A stretch of 64,000 bases of DNA from Eledone cirrhosa (lineage: Eukaryota). The notes under the pieces are model-generated. The model had not been told where the DNA came from and ran no database searches. It saw nothing but the letters and a program-made list of their open reading frames with translations. Both the position numbers and the translations under genes were made by a program. Positions 52,753-64,000 of this stretch are shown piece by piece (the first letter of the stretch is position 1; each line of letters begins with the position of its first letter). Location of the stretch: NCBI GenBank assembly GCA_964016885.1, contig OZ024743.1:106950001-107014000 (forward strand). Direction: 5' to 3'.

Positions 52753-53220
52753 TCTATATATATAAAACTGAGGATGTCTGTATGTGTGTGTGTCTGGGAA
52801 TTTGAATCCATAAAACTCAAGAAGTACCCAACCGATTTTTTCAAAATTTACATGTGTATTACTTATGTTTCAGGGAGTGTTATGCACATAAAAAAATTCA
52901 ACTGTTTGATCCCCTAGAGCCCGCATTGGGTAAAAAACTGCATTTTTTCCGCTTTTTATGAGTCTTTTGAGACGTTACGTCAGACCGAAGTCCTGGAAAT
53001 TGTAACTATGTATTAGTCAGTCTCTTCTTCATACTGTGAGCAAAGAAAATCCCACTGTTTTATGGCCTAGGGCCAGCATTAGGTGAAAATCTTCATTCTT
53101 TCAGCTTGTTAGGGCTTTTTTGAGGCGTTACGTCTAGCCGATTATCCCGAAATTTCAAGGCATATAAAAAAAATTCATTTTCTTGATCACCTAGGTGAAA
53201 ACCTGCATTTTTCCTGTTTC
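52753..53220 (+). mobile_element. Non-autonomous Helitron 5' fragment
   Basis: A|TCTATATATATAAAACTGAGGATGTCTG start, similar to the 45759 terminus; internal repeats; no 3' end found. Confidence 0.55.
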
Positions 53221-53249
53221 ATCGCGAAAAATCTTAAAGATTATCGGTA

Positions 53250-53410
53250 CAACCCACACGACGGCTTTCTGTACAGATTTCGTTCACCCATCGTAACTTG
53301 GGATGACCCGATGTCATTTTAAAGACACTTGGATATGATATTATGCAAATGGATCGAACCCGAGGCGCCAGGAATAGGAAGCAAAATTATTAACCCTTCA
53401 GACACGCCCG
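53250..53410 (-). mobile_element. Old tRNA-derived SINE of another family
   Basis: Minus strand gggcgtg..gggttcgatcc..caagtgtcttt..gaaagccgtcg. Confidence 0.5.
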
Positions 53411-53432
53411 CAATCATTAATGTTTCCATATT

Positions 53433-53620
53433 GGCGGTGAATTGGCAGTATCGGTAGAGGGTCGGACGCCATGCTTTCCAGCATAGTTACGTCCCTTTAC
53501 GATCTGAGTTCAAATCCCGCCGAGGTTGACTTTGCCTTTCATCCTTACGGGGTCGATAAAATAAAGTACCAGTAATGCACTGGGTAATTGCTGGCCATGT
53601 GCCTAAAGTAGAAACAATTA
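53433..53620 (+). mobile_element. Full-length young tRNA-derived SINE with a 19-bp TSD
   Basis: A box tggcagtatcgg, B box gagttcaaatcc, core; attaatgtttccatattgg at 53416-53434 and 53617-53635. Confidence 0.93.
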
Positions 53621-55849
53621 ATGTTTCCATATTGGAAGGATAATATAATATCCTCCATCCCCAGTAATTACTTCCAAACCGATGCTCTGGTGTGTTTCAC
53701 TCTGAGTTATATTTACACACTTCTGTTTATTTTAGTCTTGCATCTCTATTAGGATGACATCATACGATATTATGAGAATATAAGACATTAATGTATGAAA
53801 TGCACTGAAATTCCTTTTCAGTTTAATGGATTAATCCCTATCTAAATATAAACACGAATATCACATGCCTATTTTGGAGTGGTATTCGTCACTTAATATT
53901 TCCAGTTAAAATTGTAAAAATTATAATTACTGTTATATTTCAGTGATATAACCTTGGAAGATGCTCGAGATTTGTAAGTTCAAGCTTATATCATAATGCA
54001 ACTTCATAACCATAACATTCAACAGATCATTTTACTTTATCAACGTAGTCACAGCGTTTAGCGGTATTTTTTCAGGTCTCTGCGTTTCGAGTTCAAATCT
54101 CGCCGATGTTAATTTTCCCTTAATGTTTCCGGTATCAATAAAATAAAGTAAGATTACAGACTTTAAAATCTTCCTACAGCTTACATGGTTACCTTCCTAC
54201 AGCTTACATGGTTACCTTTACAAGCATTCTTTCTATGGCAAATAGCCGTTCTTATTTTTGGATCTAGGGATAACTTCTTCCCTCTTGACACTGAATATGC
54301 TCATGGGTATTGCCATTCCTTCAACGACAAAACATTAACATTAATCGGACTTACTCATATTCTTTGTTTCCATAGAATATAATTATTACAAGATACAGTC
54401 AAGGCAAACCATGTCATAACAATACAAGTTTGAAAGAGTATGCTTTGGAGGAAATATTAACATGTGTGTCATCAGTTTTTTTTATTTTTATTTTTATTTT
54501 TATTTTGTGAACTGATTGTTGCTTACAATTTCTCCTCATTGTTTACAAATGCAAAGGCAGCAAGACAAGAGCATCCCACTTGCCTACAGCTATAAATGAG
54601 TAGGAATATATACCTGTGTATAGAATGAATACCTTTGTTAATGCATCAGGCGAAAAGGCCCCCCAAAAATAGAAGGAAATTACGAAAATAAAATACATTG
54701 AAATACGTATTATATTTCTATGTTTTTATTTTGCGAATTATTTCAATTAATCAGCAATATCTTCGTAATTTCTACCACAAATAAAAATGTATTAGTTACT
54801 TGTTTCCCTCAAAACAAATCAATATTTAAAAGATGTTAGAGGTAATATGAAATTTTGTGACGAAGCCAGATGGGGATCGGTTTTTTTTTCTCACGTCTTC
54901 CACAATACCTTATGCTAATACTGGAATGGATCTCCATCGATGTCGATGATGAGTATTCCAATTATTCGGTATGATCATCAAATTAATATGCAAGTATCTG
55001 AGCATTTTACAGGCAGGTGTGCCATTTGAATTATATGTACAAGTATATATACCATTGAATTATATGTACAAATCAACTGATAGGCGCCTAAACAATTTCT
55101 CTTTACCCAAATTAATTGCGAAGACATGGGTCGTCCTGATGATATATAAAATTGAAGCATACCCCAGAAGTATAGCTGTATTTTAATCAGGGCATAAGGA
55201 AAGTTTACCTTGGTTTGAGAGCCTAGCACAATTTTCTTAGGAAAAAATATATAAGATTTTAAACGGTCGATTGTCGTCTATTATTCAAACAGCATTATTT
55301 CTGAGAAAATGACCCATTTTGATCATGTCTTGATATAAATGCCTAATAATAGGATATAGCTAATACGGGGATGTGTAACCTACCATGGACGCAATAAATA
55401 ACAACTGTCGTATACTGTTTACTCTCTCTATAAGACAGAGAATGTTTCATCTATTCCATTTACTTGTCACAACAATATCGCCAGATTAAAAGACCGAAAC
55501 CATTAGCAATAAGTGTTTGAAAGATGCTTTTCGTCTTATTTCTTTTATCTTTTTTATAACTTTTATATGATGTATGTTTATTTGTTGGTATTCCTTTTCT
55601 TCTACGTATTAATTTATTTACAGTTTCGGTCTCGTATTATACAAATAGCTGGAGAAAATTGCCACGTTAACATCGTACCTACTATATGTTCGTAAATAAT
55701 AGATGTAATTGGAGTCTAGCTGCTAAGCAGATTACAATTTACTTAGCGATGTACTTGGCATTTTAAATTACGGACACGGCAAAAGCACGATTTGCCTGTG
55801 TTTCTTACAATACACAAAAAATTAACAACCGTATTAGACGCTATATTAT

Positions 55850-55918
<69 letters not shown>

Positions 55919-56203
55919 TTACCTTATTATAGGCGTAAACTATACAGGTAACTCGAGCGTTTAGTGTTTCGTGTCTGAAGCCAATTTTTGCCACACATTT
56001 CCCTGAAGATTAGCGTTCTCACGATGTTCGATGCCTTACTAGTTAAGATGTTTGATTCTGCTCTTGCGAAATGGAACTGAAGTAGAGAATATTTTGGAGT
56101 GAGTATAATTAATTCTTCTGAATTTGTTGTAGTAACATCTCCCATTTATGAAATTATTTTAGTCTTCTTTATTAATTGAGTCACACCTGGGACTGTTGAA
56201 CAG

Positions 56204-56275
<72 letters not shown>

Positions 56276-56459
56276 AATGTTTCTATACACATTGTCTTTG
56301 AGTAAGTGTGACAGGCTAGTTTGTGAGCTATTTGTTCCACTTCGTATAACTTGTCCCTGTTCGTTCTCTATATGCTGACCACTAAGCACGTGATATTTTC
56401 CTGATTTGTGAAAGCATATACATTGAGGTTTTGTTTCTCACTTTCTGAAACCAAGCATA

Positions 56460-56507
<48 letters not shown>

Positions 56508-58366
56508 GTAACAAATTTCAAGAAGAGGGTGCTCTGCATAAATATATATATACAAATACGGCCTTGCTGTTTGGATATGGCGAGTACGGAAACATTTATT
56601 TCACTTGAGACTCTCCTCGCTATTTGAATTTATGTTTTCAGTTAAGGATAAAGTTACACGCTGGAAATGAAATATGTTTTACTTTGCTTGAATATCGCTT
56701 CATAAGTCACTGATTAAGATTTTCTTGACCCACCGTGTGAGACCACTTTTGTGCTTCAGTGTTTAGATATTACTCATACACTATCCCTACCATCATTCCG
56801 AATTGCTAGATATTACATTTAAAAAGGCTAATTTTTCAGCAGAAATCATTACAGGTGTCATGAGAAGGGAATAGAGGACTTCAGATCAAATTTGTAATGC
56901 TGCCTCAACAGATTCCTCAAACTAAAATGAAATTGTTACAACACAAGCTATTGACCTTGAACACAAATGCCTGGTAATTGCTCATATCTGTTTTAGAACA
57001 TTGCAGTCACCCTCATTAGTATTGTTGAATAGGGAATTAAAATCATGTTAGTCCCATAAAATGCTAGACCTGAGCATATCTTATCTTTCTTTACAAGCCT
57101 TATATAACTTCTTAAACAATAACATAAAGCCTATGTTTTGTTTTCTGACCTAGAATATAGTTTCACTCTAATTAGTTTCCGACAGGCTACAAATCTCCTC
57201 TAAGACCTACATTGTTGTAATGAATAAACATCGTCGATGATACTGCTAAATAATCATGTGGCTTTATACAGTTTTACCTGCCATATATATGTTTATTGTC
57301 TTCTCATCCTCTCTCTATCGCTCGCTCGCTCTCTGTCTGTCTGCCCCCCCTCTCTCTCTCTCTCTATATATATATATATGTTTATCTATCTATCTATTTT
57401 TCTTTCTCTCTCTCACTCACTTTAAATCACTCTCCACCTTTACGGATTTTTTTCTTTTTATCTCTCTCCCCACTCTTTGTCTTTCACTTGAGATCACTGT
57501 CCGCCATCTCTCTACTCTATCTATATCTATCAATTGCTGTTAGTTTGCATATAAGATTGCTACTACGTCATTATCTGCTAAGCTGAACTAGATGGCTGTC
57601 TATATCCTTCACTTAACCGCACGTTGAACTCCCACATCTTATGTTCTCTCCTTCACTGTATATCCGTACCTAGTAACTTAATTAACATATTTATCCAATG
57701 AAGCTTCTTTCAAGATGCCACTCACTGAAATTCCATCCCAGCCAACATATTTTCTACAGATTCCAATATATCTATGTTTATTCTATTGATCACATTACTC
57801 AATATATCGATAGCATCATTTCACAAATCATGCTAAATTCAGTAATAATGCCACTCCTTGTAATAAACAAACTCATAAAAACACATGAGAAAGGTTAGGT
57901 TATAGTAGAGATCGAAAGTTTTGTGTTTAGACTTCATCTTTAGTCATCTCATCTGCTCATTTCACATACCTGCCCAGAAAATACACCCTTCATCCGCCAT
58001 TACTATTTCAAGAATTATAAAACAGATCCGCCATTACTATTTCAAGAATTATAAAACAGAATTCACTACTGCAGGCGCTAATCAACTGCAATAATGATGC
58101 CGATTATTACAACATAAAATCTGCCTTGCTGTCTTCTAACTGATTAAGTCGACAACGAGAATTTGGTCGTTAGCATATCATTCTCTATTCGCTTGAACAG
58201 ATATCATATCAGCTCATTACCTGAAAATGATTAACAAATATCGCAATAGGATAATTGGAAAAAGTTAGAAAAACAACAGCATTAATAACTAGATGTAATA
58301 TATATATATTTGTTTTTACTCTATGCATTTTAAAACATTTATTTGGTTATATATCTATCTATTTGA

Positions 58367-58518
<152 letters not shown>

Positions 58519-60091
58519 ATTAATATTATTATTATTACTGTTATTATAATAATTATTATTTAAAATCAAATATGCAAATTCATATAACTACTTCTATATT
58601 TATTCAATTTCTTTTCAAGTTCGTAGTTACAATCTTGCTTCTATATCGAAATTCCTTTGGTGAACTTCTTGCAAGATTTCTTATTTATTTTTTTTCTATT
58701 GTCTGAGGTCATCTATGTTTTAACAACAACAACAAGTTTGAATCTTGTTGTTTGTTTACTAAGAATTGTCTAGCAGCTGAATATTTCTGTAGGTGGAGAT
58801 GTTATGTCTACGACATTGACCAAAACTACTACTGGTGTCGTAGGAATATTGTCACAATTTATGACATATCATATTGTTCTGCATACAGCTTACACATACT
58901 GTGATTGATTCGTTTTAGTAATTTGACATTCAACAAATTCGATTCTTCTATTTGTTGCTTAGACCCCAGATCTACACACACAATTCAGACGTATGGCTAA
59001 GATCATCTCATCTGGTATAATTTTCATCTAATTGTACATTAACAATCCTAATCATATATTTCGCGCCTCTGTCTACTTTGTGAGATCCTGTTACTGAATT
59101 AGAATCACACTTAGATAATCTATATTATAATAGTTGCTGCTTTTATTGTAGTAGTAGTAATAGTTAGTAATATTAACAAATGAAATAAATGAATAACTAC
59201 ACTGCCTCAGTGTGAGTGTGTGTCTGTGAAACATATACATATACCCCAGGTCCGAACACGAAGCACTAATTTCCCACTGTCACTGCCTCCTTCTCTCTCA
59301 CTCTCCCCATCTCTCAATATTATGAACAAATGGGAGCCATGCACTGTTGACCACCCCGTAGCCCCGGTGGACAGAATAGAAAATGCGTTTCCCTGGAGGA
59401 TAGTGATGGAATTGCGCTGGAGCTGCACTTTTCAATTTCTTTTTTTTGTTTTGTTTTATGTTTATACATACAGTTGTATATGAAAGCTAGTCACTCGTCT
59501 CTGCCACATTGATTTAAACCAAGAGAAGTTAAGACCCAATATATGGTGACACCATTGATGTTGTTGACGATATAGTGGTAACGCATCTATCATACACAAA
59601 TATTACGATAGCTCATTGACATTCTAATTAGTCTGCCAGGCTTCTAACCTGGAATTGTATGTTATGTATCGTAACCGAAATCTAGAACAGGAAAGTGGAT
59701 GATGGCAAAATTTGAACTCAGAGCACACGCACAATATTCTGACTGCCAAATTTAATCATATATACCATTTTTTCATGACAATCTTTAATAGTAATTTCAC
59801 TGTTGTTTCGTTTTATTTGTCTATCGATAAAGTAGGATTATGCGAATGGTTCCAAAAATTTTTGTTATAAAATCATTTGCAATCACAGGAATTGACCCTC
59901 ATATTACTATTCCACTTGCATGAACAATTATATTCAAGATTTTTACGTTTTCTAATATGTTTTTAACACATTTATTAATGCTTTTAATCTTTTATAAAAA
60001 GGAACAGCCAGATATTTCTAGATGAATATGCACAAAAAAAGCAACTGTAGGCGAGAATTCACTAACTTGTATTTAGATCAATAATTTCTCG

Positions 60092-60146
<55 letters not shown>

Positions 60147-60206
60147 ATATATATACAAACATATATATGAGAATTGGTGCTCTGAAATAGCGATGTATAT
60201 ATAGTA

Positions 60207-60985
60207 CCGTATATACTCGCGTATAGGTCGCACTTTTTTAACGATAAATAAGTATAAATTTGGGGGGTGCGACCTATCCGATCGACATCAGACTGACCAA
60301 TGATTTGTCATAGACTTAATCAACGATGGGTATTTATAAAAATAACTTTGTTAATATTTTTTATTATTTAACATAATAATTTCATATATCTACCTTCTTA
60401 TACATATATTTCTTGATTTTAAAATGTTTACTAAAACTTCGTAGTGTTTACGTTTTTATTCTATCTGACCGAACCATCCGTCATTAAAATCCATAGAAAT
60501 GCATACCCGGTATTTAAAATGTGATTTCATTGTCTTAGCGTTGCTGTGAACACGTATTGTGATGTATTTACTTTAACAGAAAACAGATTATTGCACGTGG
60601 CGTTTCTTTTCAAAATTAGCAAGTGAGAAAAGTTGATAGTTGAAATTTGTTTTATAATTCACTGAGAAATATGAATTCCGGTAAGAGAAAAAGTTACCAA
60701 ACAGTTTTCAGGTTAAAGGTGGTTGGTTATGCGGAAGAATTTGGAAATAGATCAGCAGAAAGGGAGTTTGGAGTGTCAGAAAAGGTGGCGAGAAGCTGAA
60801 GGAAACAAAAAGACAAGCTGGGAGAAATGCCTAAATCAATGAGAGCAGCAAGGTTTGGAGTATCATAATATCAAGATCTTGAAAAAGAGCTAAATGATTG
60901 GGTTTTAGATATCAGGGAAAATGGACACATTATTACAAGACTTTCTTTAAGAACGAAAGCCCTTCAACTTGCACCAAAGTACCAG
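60207..60985 (+). mobile_element. pogo/Tigger-family DNA transposon 5' half (POGK-like transposase N-terminus with stops)
   Basis: TA|CCGTATATACTCGCGTATAGGTCG TIR; from ATG 60671 RKSYQTVFRLKVVGYAEEFGNRSAEREFGVSEK and YQDLEKELNDWV..R..G..ITR..LR.KA (Brinker-like plus CENP-B HTH). Confidence 0.82.
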
Positions 60986-61164
60986 TATATTTGGCAATAC
61001 ACTGTATGCTTAATTAAAAACGTTTTGAAGACCTTACGCTATTGTTTTAAAGTAGTCACTATGTCACTTCTTTTTTCAACAAACAAAGGGAGATAAGCTG
61101 ACAGATCTCTGCTTCATACTGTTGGTATTCGTCAGAATATCTATATATATGTGTATATATTAAA

Positions 61165-61357
61165 ATAATTGTTTCTACTGTTGGCACAAGGCCAGCAATT
61201 ATCCCAGTGTATTACTGGTACTTTATTTTATCGACCCCTTAAGGATGAAAGGCAATGTTAACCTCGGCGGGATTTGAATTCCGAATGGAAAGGGCCGTAA
61301 CTCTTTGCTGCAAAGCATGGCGTCCGACCCTCTACCGTTACTGCCAACCCACCACCC
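61165..61357 (-). mobile_element. tRNA-derived SINE with TSD tatatattaaaataat
   Basis: Family consensus; flanking direct repeat. Confidence 0.88.
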
Positions 61358-63083
61358 TTATATATATTAAAATAATGATGTATAAATCAATAGGTTAGAA
61401 TTTACTTAATTTATTCATTACACAATTACACAATCGGTGTTGTACGCATTTCAATGATAACTGTTATGTGACAGATACGACCTCATCAGACAGCTATGAC
61501 TTCGTCAGGCAGCTAAACAGAAATTTCCATGAATAATAGTAAGTTGACATAATGAAAAAGAAATATAACTCATGCTGTTCCCATTCATTGATATGTCATG
61601 CGTTCATTGTTGATATTGCTGGTATAGGATTCACTATAAACAGAGCATCAACACGAAGTGTATCTAAGACCACTAGGGATTGGACAAATATATTTCAGCG
61701 CTATATCCTCCAAGCCATTCTGAATTCCCTTGTGAGATCAGGATCTGAGATCGTCCACTCGCATGGGAATCAAGTCATTTGTAAATAGTTTTGCAGTAGG
61801 TGGATACATGATGGTCAACCGTAGAATACGGTGGTGGTGACAGCTGGAGTTAACTACTGCAAGAGCAATAACAGTAACGTTTGTGTGGTCAAAATCTCAG
61901 TCAAATAGGAAGAGATATTAGGGATCTGTATCAATGACTATAGCAGAAGTGGTTGTAGGGATAATAGAACCATGATATTTACTTTGTTATATATATTAAG
62001 GGGCCAGACAAAAGTGAAAATCAACGTTGACAAATAGAAATAAAATAAAATAAAATACAATATTGGTTGAAGATAGAAGGATGGCCATTAAATAAATAAC
62101 GCATAAGGAATATAACACACGGAACAAGTAAAATTATAGGAATAGACGCAAAAATAAATAAAAAAAATTGTGAGATATGTTAAATGTACTAAAATCAGAC
62201 TATGTCAACACCTAATATATATCACAAAATTGATGGTCGTATAAAGATATTAAATATGATAAAAATGATGCGGTATAGGCGTGGAAATGTACAACATCGT
62301 CATACTCAGAAAACTCAAAGAAAAGCTCTTAGTCAACCATCGAGGTCATATATATACAGGCGAACTGGATTGTATATAGACTCGGTATTGAAGAAAGCAC
62401 TGAACCGTACAAACACGGGGACCGAAGATTACCCTTAAGGATCATATACTGAAATTTGAGACTGACCTCTCTGTTAGACTAGTCTGATTACTTCTGATGT
62501 AGGAACAATGAATGAAATCATTTTGCCACGCCAAGAAAAAGAACACACTATCAGATACATGACAATTTCCAAAATAATTTAATAGAAGTATTCGTTAATT
62601 AGAATCATAAAGGTATGAACATTTTCCTCTCCACCAATAGAATAATTTTAAAAACATTTCGAACACGTATCTATGAAAAAGCAAAACGAAGAGTATACAT
62701 ATTATCTGTAAAATCAAACAAGTATCTATATATTTGACATAATTTCAGTGTAAATGCTTACAGACAACAAAGTATTTACACCATATTTCAATGAATTATC
62801 TACGTGACATATAATAAAGAATGTAACGCGTATGATAGCGCTTTCTTACGCATTTCCTGTCTATCGCCATCTTCATACTTATCAGTCTCTTATGTTTAAT
62901 GTTTCCTTCCGAAATCATACACATCTAACTATCGTGACAATCTCTCACAATATCTTTAATTATTTCATATGCTTATTCCATCTGTGACTTTCTTTTTCTC
63001 TCTTTCATTCTCTGTTATCCCTCTCCATAGCGTCATATACTATTAAGATTACATTAATATTTTTTCTAATGTTTATTCATTTT

Positions 63084-63197
<114 letters not shown>

Positions 63198-63349
63198 GTA
63201 CATATGTGTGTGTATATATATATACGTATGCACACACTTGCACAGAAATATATATTTATATATATATAATTGGAAAATTAATGGAACGTGTGGGCATTAC
63301 ATATGGCGACTAAAATGGTGATAACTATAATAATAATATTAACATTAAT

Positions 63350-64000
63350 ATTAATTTCTTTATTGGCTACAAGGGCCGATAATTAGGGGACAATATAATA
63401 GACTGGCACAATTGGGTTTTTTTAAAAAATCGCGTAGAAATAAATTAAGAAATAACAATAAACAAAAAACTGACAACAATGAAAATTCACCAGTAGATTG
63501 GAGGACAACCCAAGGGTAACAAAGATGCCAGCAATCCTGAACGACCCGATATTCCAAGAGCACCCTAGAAGGGCGCACATTTCTTAGTCAAATTATCCAG
63601 CTTACTTGCACATTGTCAGTGTAGGCTCATCCACATGGGCCTTTATCGCAAATTTCACTCACCCTTTAGCAAGTGTATTGGGGAAGCACTTACCCCGCCA
63701 CCCTCACCTTACATACCAAGGAATTGGCCGGAGAGTAAAGTGTCGGCATTCAGTCCTTTCAGCTTCGTCCAACACACAACCTCATTCGCTCCAACCAGAA
63801 TGAAAAAGAGAATTGCACGGTTTAACAATGAACTCGGTTGATATCCAGATTCGTCGCACACGCGATAACAGCAGTTTGACATGAATCGACAAGGCAGTAA
63901 TGCATGGATACTGGACGAGTGCGTGCAGAGCGATTGGGTCGCTCTATGCGCATCTCGGAGAAGTCAATCTGACAGCATATCCGTGCCAGTAGGTTTTTAT
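63350..64000 (-). mobile_element. L1/Tx1-type LINE 3' end, continuing beyond the window
   Basis: Minus strand: ALHALVQ zinc-knuckle remnant, EVVCWTKLKGL..TLLSGQ, 3' gccaataaagaa followed by an ATT-rich tail. Confidence 0.6.

Noticed and set aside
57992-58060. 34-bp tandem duplication (similar ones near 372, 8535, 54170 and 55021)
   Set aside because: Ordinary local slippage duplications.

Overview
AT-rich, microsatellite-dense metazoan DNA made almost entirely of transposable elements. The repeat repertoire suggests an octopus or related cephalopod (inferred from repeat style only). No host gene exon could be called confidently. The window contains a degenerate near-full RTE LINE (9.7-13.8 kb, minus) with short bipartite derivatives, three Dong/R4-type RLE fragments, and a degenerate Rep-helicase Helitron (21.3-27.1 kb) plus non-autonomous Helitrons. 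It also holds L1/Tx1 remnants, pogo and Tc1/mariner remnants, many tRNA-derived SINEs and several Penelope-like element (PLE) fragments. The main unannotated signal is a set of about ten type I hammerhead ribozyme (HHR) motifs read by eye from the sequence. Most lie in or just beyond the arms of eight fold-back (inverted-repeat) structures, always reading outward from the centre. Four fold-backs enclose PLE coding remnants (one only weakly supported) and four appear non-coding. The HHRs show palindromic helix III (dimer type), U3-A8 covariation in two families and a recurrent U-U at the base of helix II. A second signal is an 11-12 bp covarying inverted repeat bracketing the RTE ORF, located where the short derivative lost the ORF. 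All structures were derived by eye; none was computed or tested.
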